The notes beneath the pieces were generated by a model. That model saw only the letters and a program-made list of their open reading frames with translations. It ran no database searches and was not told the origin of the DNA. The translations under genes were made by a program, and so were the position numbers. Below, one piece after another: positions 9,812 through 19,584 of a stretch of DNA of 64,000 nt (position 1 is the stretch's first letter; every line of letters begins with the position of its first letter). This DNA comes from Leptospiraceae bacterium (GTDB lineage Bacteria > Spirochaetota > Leptospiria > Leptospirales > Leptonemataceae), in assembly GCA_040217195.1 (NCBI GenBank), contig JAVJNR010000008.1, positions 448,001-512,000 on the forward strand, in the 5' to 3' direction.

Positions 9812-10081
9812 GTGATCAATGCAAGGGTTTACGTTACGTTGAAGGAATCTGTACTGGATCCCCAGGGTCAGGCGGTGAACACCGCCCTGCATCATATGGG
9901 CTATGAATCGGTGCAGGATGTGCGGATTGGAAAATACATTGAACTAAAGTTGGACGCACCGTCGGTGGATCAAGCCCGGGCCCAGGTGGATGAGATGAGC
10001 CAGAAACTACTGTCCAATCCAGTAATCGAGTCCTTTCGCTTCGAATTGCTGGATTCCAGTGGATCGGTGCTGGCAAGTTAA
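9812..10081 (+). CDS. purS: Phosphoribosylformylglycinamidine synthase subunit PurS
   Basis: VTLKESVLDPQG, VRIGKYIEL, LLSNPVIE; adjacent to purQ. Confidence 0.95.
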   Translation: MINARVYVTLKESVLDPQGQAVNTALHHMGYESVQDVRIGKYIELKLDAPSVDQARAQVDEMSQKLLSNPVIESFRFELLDSSGSVLAS

Positions 10082-10102
10082 CACCAGGAAGGCAGATCAG
10101 AC

Positions 10103-10762
10103 ATGAAAGCAGGTGTAATTACATTTCCAGGATCCAACTGCGATCGAGATATTCAGACCATTCTTCAGGACTTTTTCAGCGTACCCACCGATATGCTCTG
10201 GCATGCAAATCCCATTTCCCGACCCTATGATCTTCTGGTTGTTCCTGGCGGATTCTCCTATGGGGACTATCTAAGAGCCGGGGCCATTGCCCGTTTCGCG
10301 CCGGCCATGCAGGATTTGATTCAGCATGCGAAAAAGGGAGGCTACGTTCTGGGTATCTGTAATGGTTTTCAAATCTTATGCGAATCCCATTTGTTGCCGG
10401 GCGCACTCATACGAAACCAGAACCTGAAACATATCTGCAAAGATGTGTCACTTTTGCCCGAGACCTCAAATTCTGTTTTTGGCAAACTGCTGGGCCCCAT
10501 GTCCATTCCGGTTTCCCATGGCGAAGGCAATTACAGAGCCAGCGAAGATACCCTTAAAGCTCTCAATGACAATGGGCAGATCGCATTTCGGTATCAGGAC
10601 AACCCCAATGGTTCCATTGAGAACATTGCAGGAATCACAAATGAGGATGGACGGATAATGGGTATGATGCCCCATCCAGAACGCGCCACTGATCCGGCCA
10701 ACGGAAAAACAGAAGGAAAGCCCATTCTAGAAGCCATCATGAAATCCCTGCAGGCTGCATAG
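10103..10762 (+). CDS. purQ: Phosphoribosylformylglycinamidine synthase subunit PurQ (glutaminase)
   Basis: FPGSNCDRD, PGGFSYGDYLRAG, GICNGFQ, MMPHPER. Confidence 0.96.
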   Translation: MKAGVITFPGSNCDRDIQTILQDFFSVPTDMLWHANPISRPYDLLVVPGGFSYGDYLRAGAIARFAPAMQDLIQHAKKGGYVLGICNGFQILCESHLLPGALIRNQNLKHICKDVSLLPETSNSVFGKLLGPMSIPVSHGEGNYRASEDTLKALNDNGQIAFRYQDNPNGSIENIAGITNEDGRIMGMMPHPERATDPANGKTEGKPILEAIMKSLQAA

Positions 10763-13096
10763 ATGCGGATTCGCATTTCAACAGCATCCGTAAACCAGAC
10801 TCCCCTGGATTGGTCCGGCAACCGAAAGCGAATCCTGCAGGCAGCGGAAGAAGCAATGAAGTCCGGGCCGGAAGTGATCCTCTTTCCGGAGCTCTGCATT
10901 TCCGGATACGGATGCGAAGATGCATTTCATATGCCAGAGATGTGGCAGAGTAGCCTGGATAGCCTGGACTTGCTTTGCGAAAAGCTGGGAGGAATTGCCG
11001 GCTCTGTACCTGTAATCGTTGGCCTGCCCTATATGCATCAGGGACTATTGTATAACGTAGCGGCCGTAATTCATTCAGGCTCTGTGGCAGCCATTGTGCC
11101 CAAACAGCACCTGGCCGGCGATGGAATTCATTATGAACCTCGCTGGTTTCATCCGCATAAGAGTGGCCCGGATCAAACTGGACCAAATGGTATCCCTTTC
11201 GGGCCTACTATTTTTGACACCGGCCGGCTTCGATTCCTGATTGAGATCTGTGAAGACTCCTGGGTGGACAATCGCCCGGCCAGTCAGCATGCTGGTTCTT
11301 CGTTTGATCTAATACTCAGCCCTACGGCCTCCCATTTCGCCATTGGCAAACAAAGAATTCGTCGACAAATCGCCCTGGAATCATCCCGAGCCTTTCATTG
11401 CACCTATGTATCTGTAAACCTTCTGGGAAATGAAGCGGGCCGCGCCATATACGATGGACAGACCCTTGCCTGTCATTCAGGCGAATTGTTACTGGAAAGT
11501 ACGGCATTTTCGTTTAAGCCGTACACGGTTCACAATATTGAATTCAATCCAATAATGAATCGATCTAAAAGGGTTCAAACACATAGCTTCAGGGAGTCTA
11601 TCAGCATTCCTCCCGGCAGTATGCTGGAATCTGCCACCGTTCGCCTGGAGACTCATTTCAAAAAGGAATTCGGATTTCGCTTACCCGGCGAGGAAAAGGG
11701 ACCGGCCAGGGCTGGTTTTTCCCACAACGACTCCCGGAATGAAGATAATCCGGATGGATCCGCAAGAAGCTCCAGCGGCGATTCCGGCACTTCTGTTCGC
11801 CAGGGAGCAGAACCCCTTACAGATTCCCAAGATACAGTCGGAGCCTCCAATTCTTCGCAGTATCTGGGCCGGCGCCATGGAAATCCCTATCTGGAATTTC
11901 TTTATGCAACCACTCTGGCATTATTCGATTATTTACGAAAGAGCCATTCTCGAGGATTTGCACTTTCCCTTTCTGGAGGAGCTGACAGCGGGGCCTGCGC
12001 AGTCCTCGTGGAACGGATGGTCCGAACCGGCATAACCGACCTGGGCTTAAAAGGATTTCTACAGGCCATCGACAGAGAAGACCTGCTCGAAGAACCGGAC
12101 ATTCGCGGCGAAACCAGTTCCGGTACGATTGAACCTCTGCTAAAGCATCTGCTATTCACAGTATACCAGGGAACGGATCAAAGCTCCACCACTACCAGCC
12201 AGGCAGCTCGACTGCTTGCAGAGGCTCTGGGAAGCAATCATCAACAGGTACAGATTCAAAGCATTGTAGATAACTATATAGGTATCTATGAGCAGGCCTA
12301 TGAAAGAAAATTGGAATGGCAAAGCGATGATATAGTGCTTCAGAATATTCAGGCCAGGGCAAGGAGTCCATTTGTATGGATGCTTGCCAACTCTACTGGA
12401 AGTCTGCTCATAGCTACTGGAAATCGTAGCGAAGGGGCTGTGGGATATTGCACCATGGATGGGGACACATCTGGTGGCATCGCTCCCATAGCCGGTATTG
12501 ATAAGAATTTTCTTCGCGCCTGGCTTCTATTCATGGAACATACCGGGGATTCCTATGGACCCATCCCGGCCCTGCGGGCCATCAATGAGCAGCAACCCAC
12601 AGCGGAGCTACGACCGGGGCAGCAGCATCAAACCGATGAAGATGATCTCATGGCCTATGATCTGCTTAATAGAATTCAAAAGCTGGCCGTGAGAGACCGT
12701 CAGGGACCGGCTCAGATACTGGAAGAGCTTCTGAAAGATCAAAGGCTACCTGTGATGGAGAAAACAATTTCAAACAGCCAATCGAAATCTTCAGCGCTTC
12801 AGCAAGAAAATGATCCTGCCTTGAATTCGCTTAAAGTACCTGTTTCGCCCATCTCCGGTTCCAACCCTCAGCTGCCAGGAGAAACCAGATTTCGGCCTTT
12901 TTCGGGCGATTATAGCCGCTCCGAACTCATACAGGCCATTCGTAAATATTTTACGCTTTGGTCTCGCAATCAGTGGAAAAGGGAACGAATCGCTGTTTCA
13001 TTTCATCTAGACGATGAAAACATAGATCCACGCACCTATTTTCGCTTCCCCATATTGTCTTCCGGATTTCTAGAAGAGCTGGCTGCCCTGGAATAG
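10763..13096 (+). CDS. nadE: Glutamine-dependent NAD+ synthetase
   Basis: N-terminal nitrilase domain (FPEL, PK, EICED) plus synthetase domain (LSGGADS, QNIQARAR, TGNRSE, PTAEL, QWKR). Confidence 0.93.
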   Translation: MRIRISTASVNQTPLDWSGNRKRILQAAEEAMKSGPEVILFPELCISGYGCEDAFHMPEMWQSSLDSLDLLCEKLGGIAGSVPVIVGLPYMHQGLLYNVAAVIHSGSVAAIVPKQHLAGDGIHYEPRWFHPHKSGPDQTGPNGIPFGPTIFDTGRLRFLIEICEDSWVDNRPASQHAGSSFDLILSPTASHFAIGKQRIRRQIALESSRAFHCTYVSVNLLGNEAGRAIYDGQTLACHSGELLLESTAFSFKPYTVHNIEFNPIMNRSKRVQTHSFRESISIPPGSMLESATVRLETHFKKEFGFRLPGEEKGPARAGFSHNDSRNEDNPDGSARSSSGDSGTSVRQGAEPLTDSQDTVGASNSSQYLGRRHGNPYLEFLYATTLALFDYLRKSHSRGFALSLSGGADSGACAVLVERMVRTGITDLGLKGFLQAIDREDLLEEPDIRGETSSGTIEPLLKHLLFTVYQGTDQSSTTTSQAARLLAEALGSNHQQVQIQSIVDNYIGIYEQAYERKLEWQSDDIVLQNIQARARSPFVWMLANSTGSLLIATGNRSEGAVGYCTMDGDTSGGIAPIAGIDKNFLRAWLLFMEHTGDSYGPIPALRAINEQQPTAELRPGQQHQTDEDDLMAYDLLNRIQKLAVRDRQGPAQILEELLKDQRLPVMEKTISNSQSKSSALQQENDPALNSLKVPVSPISGSNPQLPGETRFRPFSGDYSRSELIQAIRKYFTLWSRNQWKRERIAVSFHLDDENIDPRTYFRFPILSSGFLEELAALE

Positions 13097-13306
13097 ATTC
13101 TGACAGTGCACCGGCAGGGTCTTAGAAACTGCCAGGAGTTCTACATCTATTCGAATAGAGTCCATCACTGGAAGTCGCCCATCACTGAAATGCCTCGGAA
13201 CCTCAACGCCTGTTTGCATTATTGATAGCCTTCTTCACGGCCGGTTTTTATTTCCGATTCAACAGAAAGTCAGACCACAAATCTGCCAGGCTCGTCTATA
13301 TAGATC

Positions 13307-14302
13307 ATGAAATTAGATTCCCATGGATGGAAACAAGCCTCGCCCGCTGGCAAGAATAGGTCAAAGTCCAGGGTCCGGGAAAAAGGAAAGATAGTCATTG
13401 CAGGTGGGAGCGGTTACCTGGGTCTCAGTCTGGCCCGTTATCTTGCAGACCAGAACTATCAGATTGTTCTGATTTCCAGAAGCAAACCTGAACAGATACC
13501 GGCCTCGGCAAAGCATATTACCTGGGATGGACGACATCCGGGCAATTGGGCCGGGCATCTGGAAGGAGCTTTCGCTCTGGTCAACCTGGCCGGGCGAACA
13601 GTGGATTGTATCAAAACTCCTGAAACCATGGATGAAATACTGCGCTCGAGAGTCGAGAGTACTACCGTTCTTGGCCAGGCGCTAAAAACGGTGCGCAAAA
13701 AACCATCAGTCTGGGTTCAGATGTCAACGGCCCATATCTACGGCGACTCTCTGGAAACTTGCAATGAGGAATCGGCCATTGGTTATGGCCTGGCACCCGA
13801 CGTTGGAGTAGCCTGGGAAGCAGCTTTTGCAAACGCGCTTCCCCGAACCATGCGAGGAGTAATACTACGCACAAGTTTTGTAATCGGAGCGAATGGTGGA
13901 GCATTGAAACGCCTGGCATTGCTTGTTCGTCTGGGTCTGGGCGGTCGAGTGGGCCACGGAAACCAGGGGATGAGCTGGATTCATGAACTGGATATGAATC
14001 GGATCTTTCTGCGTGGAATTGAAGACCCTAAAATGAAAGGGGCTTACATCGCCAGTGCACCAGAACCGGTAAGTCAAAAGGATTTCATGCGCTCATTGCG
14101 TAGATCAATGAAGATGCCCATTGGCCTTCCGGCCACTGCCTGGATGGTAAAACTGGGAGCTCCTCTGCTTATGAATACTGATCCAGATCTAGCGCTATAC
14201 GGAAGATATGTAATCCCCAATCGATTGCTAAAGGAAGGATTCCACTTTCAGTTCCCGGAATTGAAAATGGCTCTGTCTGACATCCGAAAAAAACGGAGCT
14301 GA
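13307..14302 (+). CDS. TIGR01777-like NAD-dependent epimerase (YfcH/DUF1731 type)
   Basis: [40 protein letters not shown]. Confidence 0.85.
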   Translation: MKLDSHGWKQASPAGKNRSKSRVREKGKIVIAGGSGYLGLSLARYLADQNYQIVLISRSKPEQIPASAKHITWDGRHPGNWAGHLEGAFALVNLAGRTVDCIKTPETMDEILRSRVESTTVLGQALKTVRKKPSVWVQMSTAHIYGDSLETCNEESAIGYGLAPDVGVAWEAAFANALPRTMRGVILRTSFVIGANGGALKRLALLVRLGLGGRVGHGNQGMSWIHELDMNRIFLRGIEDPKMKGAYIASAPEPVSQKDFMRSLRRSMKMPIGLPATAWMVKLGAPLLMNTDPDLALYGRYVIPNRLLKEGFHFQFPELKMALSDIRKKRS

Positions 14303-14462
14303 GAATTCACAGAAAAATCCTTTTTTGAGATCCTTCATACTCTCAGTGACCAGGAAAATTGATGGATATTGACTATACGCCCGGCATTCTGACCTGCATT
14401 AACGGATGGATTGATGATGACCGGGATCCATAGATTAATCCATTACTGAAGGGAAACTCGAT

Positions 14463-15917
14463 TTGCTAAAGTGGTCTAAAATTCGAGAACAGGGACAGCA
14501 GTGGAGTATTCTCTGGGACATAGTGATGATCATCATTGCTGTGACCAACCTGGCTCTAATCTCTTTTGATCTAATGTATCTTAGAATGCGGCCCTATCTG
14601 TATCACTACGCTCCTGAAGTTGTACAGCAATACGATAGGCTTAAAGGCATTGAAGAAAATCGTTTCACTACAGATTACCTGAATCGAGTTAAAGATCTAA
14701 GGCAATCCATTGAGGTTGACCTGGCCACAGGAGGAGTTTTTTCCCGGGCCACAAAAGCGAAAAGCAATGAGCTGGCAGCTCTATCCGTTGAAATGCTAGA
14801 AGAGAATCCCTTTCAAACAGCCGGTCTGAGCAAGAACCTGGAAAAAATAAAGGGCCGCATTCGCCAGTTCGTAAGAGAGGAAACAAATCAAGAAATTGAA
14901 TCCTACGACGATGCATTTATTCATTACTGGACTCTCGATCCCACGAACTACGAAGACCGTTTCGACCACTTTAACTCCACAATTGCTCCCTTAATGGAGG
15001 TTAACTATTTTCGCCACAGAGACATCGACGGCGATTTTGTGAATTTGTACTGGAGCACCATCGACCTTCCTTTCCTGATTTTCTTCTTCTTTGATTTTGT
15101 CATTCGATTCCTGTTATTCTTTCGCAAGGCTCCGTCCCGCTGGTTTCTATTCCCGGTCTACAACTGGTACGATTTTCTAAGCCTTTTTCCATCAAGCTGG
15201 CTTCGATTACTTCGACTGTTCCGGGTGATGGCTATCTGGGCCCGTCTGCGACAATCCGAATTGCTGGCCGCAGGCGATGGTTTGATTGTGCGAACCATAA
15301 AGAGCTACTCGGATCTGCTCTCCCGGGAGATATCCGGCATGGTGGCCATTCAGATCATTTCCCAGCTTCAATCCGAGGTGCAGAAAACAAGAGAAGGCCA
15401 ATTCCTGGCGGACTCTCTGGAACCTCACAGGGAGGAAATCAAGGAGGTGGTACTGGAGCAAACAGAGAAGCTTACCCGGGAAAGAATCCTTCCTTTTCGT
15501 CCCAGGGTGGCTGAGCTTGTTCGAATCAGCCTGGAAAAATCCCTGGAATCCACGGCTTTTCGCTTTGTTCCCAACGCCATTCTAAGACCGGTTTTGCAAA
15601 AGGGAGGCGCCGATGTTGTGGAATCCCTCTTTGAAACCATTGCAGCCACTGTGGAAAGCCAGGAGGGCAAAGAAGCCATTGGAGGTATAGTGGATCAAGT
15701 CCTGGATTCCTTGCGAGGCCCTGATGGAGAAAAAACGGCCGGACTGATCCAGAAGCTTACCTACAACAGCCTGGAGGAGCTAAAAGGGCAGTTTGTGAAT
15801 CGTGAGTTAATGGAGGAAGGAAGCAAAACGTTGCAGGAGCAAATAAGTGAAATCACCTCCCCTCTATTCCGTTCCAGAAACACAGACGGTGATCAAATCT
15901 CCGGCACCGAGAAGTAA
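14463..15917 (+). CDS. Membrane protein with ion-transport (S1-S4 voltage-sensor-like) helices, no recognisable pore
   Basis: TM1 near the N-terminus; later IDLPFLIFFFFDFVIRF, NWYDFLSLFP and WLRLLRLFRVMAIWARL; helical soluble C-terminus. Confidence 0.6.
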   Translation: MLKWSKIREQGQQWSILWDIVMIIIAVTNLALISFDLMYLRMRPYLYHYAPEVVQQYDRLKGIEENRFTTDYLNRVKDLRQSIEVDLATGGVFSRATKAKSNELAALSVEMLEENPFQTAGLSKNLEKIKGRIRQFVREETNQEIESYDDAFIHYWTLDPTNYEDRFDHFNSTIAPLMEVNYFRHRDIDGDFVNLYWSTIDLPFLIFFFFDFVIRFLLFFRKAPSRWFLFPVYNWYDFLSLFPSSWLRLLRLFRVMAIWARLRQSELLAAGDGLIVRTIKSYSDLLSREISGMVAIQIISQLQSEVQKTREGQFLADSLEPHREEIKEVVLEQTEKLTRERILPFRPRVAELVRISLEKSLESTAFRFVPNAILRPVLQKGGADVVESLFETIAATVESQEGKEAIGGIVDQVLDSLRGPDGEKTAGLIQKLTYNSLEELKGQFVNRELMEEGSKTLQEQISEITSPLFRSRNTDGDQISGTEK

Positions 15918-15970
15918 AGATACTGTCTCGAAAGCATTGACCGTCTCAGGCCTCCGTCCAACCTGGAGCC

Positions 15971-17674
15971 ATGCCATCTGCGAACAAAGACCTGAACTGG
16001 AATAGTCAGAACATAACAAAGGGAGATCGTCGTGCTCCCAACCGGGCCATGATGCGGGCTGTGGGATTCAGCGACGAAGATTTTCGCAAACCAGTCATTG
16101 CAGTCGCCAGTGGCCATTCAACCATAACTCCCTGCAATGCCGGAATCCGTCCTCTGGAACAATCTGCCGAGAAGGGAATCTTTGGAGCCGGAGGAATGGC
16201 CCAGGTTTTTGGTACCATCACCATTTCAGACGGTATCTCCATGGGCTCGGAAGGAATGAAGTTTTCCCTGGTAAGCCGGGAGGTGATTGCAGATTCCATA
16301 GAAACCGTATGCCGGGGACAACACATGGATGGCCTGGTGGCCATCGGTGGTTGCGACAAGAACATGCCAGGCGCAATGATGGCCATTGCTCGATTGAACA
16401 TTCCATCCGTTTTTGTTTACGGAGGCACAATCTATCCGGGTCATTATAAAGATAAGGATCTAAACATCGTATCCGTTTTCGAATCTGTCGGGCAATTCCA
16501 GGGAGGAAGAATCGATAAGGAGGAATTCGAGCAGATTGAAAAGCATGCCTGTCCAGGTACCGGCAGTTGCGGAGGGATGTACACAGCCAATACAATGTCC
16601 AGCGCCATTGAAGCTCTGGGCATGAGCCTTCCAGGTTCCTCCACAATGGGAAGCCCGGACCAGGAAAAGGCGGATTCGGCTGGAGAGAGCGGAAAGGCAG
16701 TCTACGAACTAATTAAAAAAAATATCAGGCCTGCAGATATCATGACTCGAAAAGCCTTCGAAAACGCCATTTCCGTCGTTATGGCCATGGGCGGATCCAC
16801 CAATGCCGTGCTGCATTTGCTGGCTATCGCTCATGATATGAATGTAGATTTGAGCATCGATGACTTTGAGCGAATCGCGCAAAAGGTACCGCACATCCTG
16901 GATATGAAACCGTCAGGCAAATACCTGGCTGTGGATTTGCATCGCCTGGGAGGAGTTCCTCGCATCATGAAGATGCTTCTGGAGGCAGGTCTGATTCATG
17001 GCGATTGCCTAACCTGCACGGGAAAGATAGTGGCAGAAAATCTGGCCGAGTTACCGTCTGGAATTCCAGAGAACCAGGATTTGATCTATCCTCTGGATAG
17101 CCCCATCTACAAAAGAGGACACCTGGTCATCCTTCGAGGAAACCTGGCTCCAGGGGGAGCCGTTGCCAAGATTTCCGGTGTGGCCAAGCCGGCCATTAGC
17201 GGACCGGCCCGTATTTTTGATTCGGAAGAGGAATGTATGGATGCCATCCTCTCCGATGTAATCGAGCCAGGCGATATCATTGTTATTAGATATGAAGGTC
17301 CTCGAGGAGGACCAGGAATGCGAGAGATGCTTTCTCCCACTTCAGCTCTGATTGGCAAAGGACTGGGAGATAGCGTAGGCCTGATTACCGATGGTCGTTT
17401 TTCTGGCGGTACCTATGGAATGGTTGTAGGGCATGTGGCTCCTGAAGCGGCTCTTGGCGGACCCATCGCTCTGGTGCGAGAGGGAGAAATCATAACCATC
17501 GATGCAGAGGATAACCTCCTTCAGATTCATATTACGGAAGCAGAACTGGAAGTGCGGCGCAAAGAATGGAAAGAGCGGCCCCCCATGTATCGCAGAGGTG
17601 TGATTGCAAAATATGCAAGCACAGTGGGCTCGGCAGAATTCGGCGCCGTAACGGACAATGTATTTCCTGAATAA
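15971..17674 (+). CDS. ilvD: Dihydroxy-acid dehydratase
   Basis: [57 protein letters not shown]. Confidence 0.97.
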   Translation: MPSANKDLNWNSQNITKGDRRAPNRAMMRAVGFSDEDFRKPVIAVASGHSTITPCNAGIRPLEQSAEKGIFGAGGMAQVFGTITISDGISMGSEGMKFSLVSREVIADSIETVCRGQHMDGLVAIGGCDKNMPGAMMAIARLNIPSVFVYGGTIYPGHYKDKDLNIVSVFESVGQFQGGRIDKEEFEQIEKHACPGTGSCGGMYTANTMSSAIEALGMSLPGSSTMGSPDQEKADSAGESGKAVYELIKKNIRPADIMTRKAFENAISVVMAMGGSTNAVLHLLAIAHDMNVDLSIDDFERIAQKVPHILDMKPSGKYLAVDLHRLGGVPRIMKMLLEAGLIHGDCLTCTGKIVAENLAELPSGIPENQDLIYPLDSPIYKRGHLVILRGNLAPGGAVAKISGVAKPAISGPARIFDSEEECMDAILSDVIEPGDIIVIRYEGPRGGPGMREMLSPTSALIGKGLGDSVGLITDGRFSGGTYGMVVGHVAPEAALGGPIALVREGEIITIDAEDNLLQIHITEAELEVRRKEWKERPPMYRRGVIAKYASTVGSAEFGAVTDNVFPE

Positions 17675-17748
17675 GATTAACCTGGTTTTTGCTTTACATA
17701 GTAGGATTTTCCAGGAGTTTCCGGGGATCCAAAACCCTGGGGGACAAT

Positions 17749-18090
17749 TTGAAGAATTCCATCTATCTGATTTGTGCATCCATTCTATTTTTTAGCATCA
17801 CTGCCTGCCAGAGTGAATCTGAAAAATCCTGTTTTGAACAGGGAAATCTACGCGACTGTACGTATCTTTGTCATCAGGGAAACAGCGGGGCCTGCGCCCT
17901 GGAGGAACCTCTGGGACAGGAAAAATGCCTGGAACAGGGCAGCATGGAAGATTGTATTGAACTCTGCTACACTTCAGAACTGAACGGAAGTCATCCTCCG
18001 GCAGAGCCTTATTGTAACAAAATCGAATCACTGTGCCTGCAGGAGCAGTACAGGGACCATGAGCAATGCCAGCTCAACGCTGAACCCTGA
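17749..18090 (+). CDS. Cysteine-rich lipoprotein, paralog A
   Basis: TTG start at 17749 gives signal (M)KNSIYLICASILFFSITA-C; 10 further Cys align with the downstream paralog. Confidence 0.75.
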   Translation: MKNSIYLICASILFFSITACQSESEKSCFEQGNLRDCTYLCHQGNSGACALEEPLGQEKCLEQGSMEDCIELCYTSELNGSHPPAEPYCNKIESLCLQEQYRDHEQCQLNAEP

Positions 18091-18360
18091 GTTCAAAAAG
18101 CAAGGTGCTGGCACGATGCTAATCCATCGATTACTGTTGCGGGCATTCCCTCCAAAGCTCCTCTGCCGTCGCTGGCAGTTCAATCGCTTGCGCAATCGCA
18201 GGTCCAACCATGCAGGTACCCGAGTATAGGCGGAGTTTTGGGCGGAGACGAGAAAACCGATTGAGTGGTCAGATCCAGTATCAGTTAAATTCGATAATAT
18301 TTAGAACTCGAAATGTATATCGAAGTTTCTTTCAATAAAGTCCTGCATGCTCAATTATTC

Positions 18361-18388
18361 TTTACAATAGATTTTCTGACTTTAACCT
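18361..18388 (+). promoter_or_regulatory. Possible sigma70 promoter for lipoprotein paralog B
   Basis: TTTACA-N16-TAACCT in an AT-rich stretch; strong AGGAGG SD at 18421. Confidence 0.4.
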
Positions 18389-18434
18389 ACCCTTAGATCC
18401 AGGCCATTCCTGGTCTTTACAGGAGGGAGAGTGT

Positions 18435-18773
18435 ATGCGTAGATTAATGATAATTACCGTTCTGGTTGCAGGACTGCCAGTTCTGGCGGCCTGCGGAAGC
18501 GAAGAAGAAGTACCCTGCTTCGAAGAAAATCAAATCGGATCCTGCAAGTATCTCTGCACTCAGGGAAACGAAGCGGCCTGCAAAAAAGAGGCCGAGCTCG
18601 GTAAATCTGGATGTTTACTTGAGGGTGATATCCGTACCTGTGACCTGGTCTGTAGCGCGGAACATTCGCAGGGAAACCATCCCGCCTCTGCACCTTATTG
18701 CGAAAAATTAAAGGAGCTCTGTGCAAATCCTGAAAATGCCGGCAAGGAAGTTTGCGGCCTGTACATAGAGTAG
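18435..18773 (+). CDS. Cysteine-rich lipoprotein, paralog B
   Basis: AGGAGG RBS, signal peptide with lipobox LAA-C, same 10-Cys spacing as paralog A. Confidence 0.82.
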   Translation: MRRLMIITVLVAGLPVLAACGSEEEVPCFEENQIGSCKYLCTQGNEAACKKEAELGKSGCLLEGDIRTCDLVCSAEHSQGNHPASAPYCEKLKELCANPENAGKEVCGLYIE

Positions 18774-18830
18774 CCGCTCACTGAGTAGCCACTCAATTGC
18801 CCGATCATTAAGAATCCGAAAGCAATAGGT

Positions 18831-19364
18831 TCACTCTGTTTCTTTTGCCAGCTGTAGCCAGGCGATGATTTCAGGCGCTGTTTTCAATGATTTCGCATCA
18901 CTGATTGGTTCCAGAACTGTGTCCTGAATCACGGTCCACTTTCTGGGATCACCATTACATCCCTGACTTTCTGTTTCTGGATTGGGCTCGAAGGCAATCC
19001 AGCGTGCAATTGAGGTAACGGAGAAATGCTCGATCAACCATTCATGTCGATCGTACTGTCCTACGTTGACTTTCACATCCACCCAGTTCTGCAATTCCTG
19101 CTGCAATTCATCATCCGACTTCAAAGCTTCGACTCGCCTACAATCCGTGCACCAGTCTGCGCCCAGCTGTAAAAGGATGGGCCGATTCGATGCATTGGAT
19201 TGAATGCAAGCCTGGAGTAATACTTCCTGGAGTTCATCGTCGGTTCTCTGAGCACCGTAGCTAGTTGCCAGGGTGGAGTTCCGCTCATTGCAGGCGCCGG
19301 AAAAAACCAGCATAGTAAGAATCGTTATCCAGGCTAGAGTTAGATGCGGAGGGTATAGCTTCAT
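18831..19364 (-). CDS. Thioredoxin-family lipoprotein
   Basis: Lipobox FSGA-C; GADWCTDC redox motif. Confidence 0.8.
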   Translation of the reverse strand: MKLYPPHLTLAWITILTMLVFSGACNERNSTLATSYGAQRTDDELQEVLLQACIQSNASNRPILLQLGADWCTDCRRVEALKSDDELQQELQNWVDVKVNVGQYDRHEWLIEHFSVTSIARWIAFEPNPETESQGCNGDPRKWTVIQDTVLEPISDAKSLKTAPEIIAWLQLAKETE

Positions 19365-19584
19365 TGGTCTGCAAAGATTCTAACAATTATTGCGTTGATT
19401 GACTCCCTGAAAAAGAGCATCCATCAACCTTACATCAATTTTTTTCTGAGATGAGCCAACGGCAGCGCCGGAATCCGAAAAAATTGCCACGCCAGGCAGG
19501 AAAAAACCATTTTCATTGGGGCTGGACTCAGAACATTGGAACCAGTAATCTATTTGATATAACAGGCTGTGGCCGGAGGTTCTT

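Noticed and set aside
19365..19584. Cobalamin riboswitch upstream of the B12 mutase
   Set aside because: No convincing B12-box or GGGAA/CCCGCAACTGT-like core visible.
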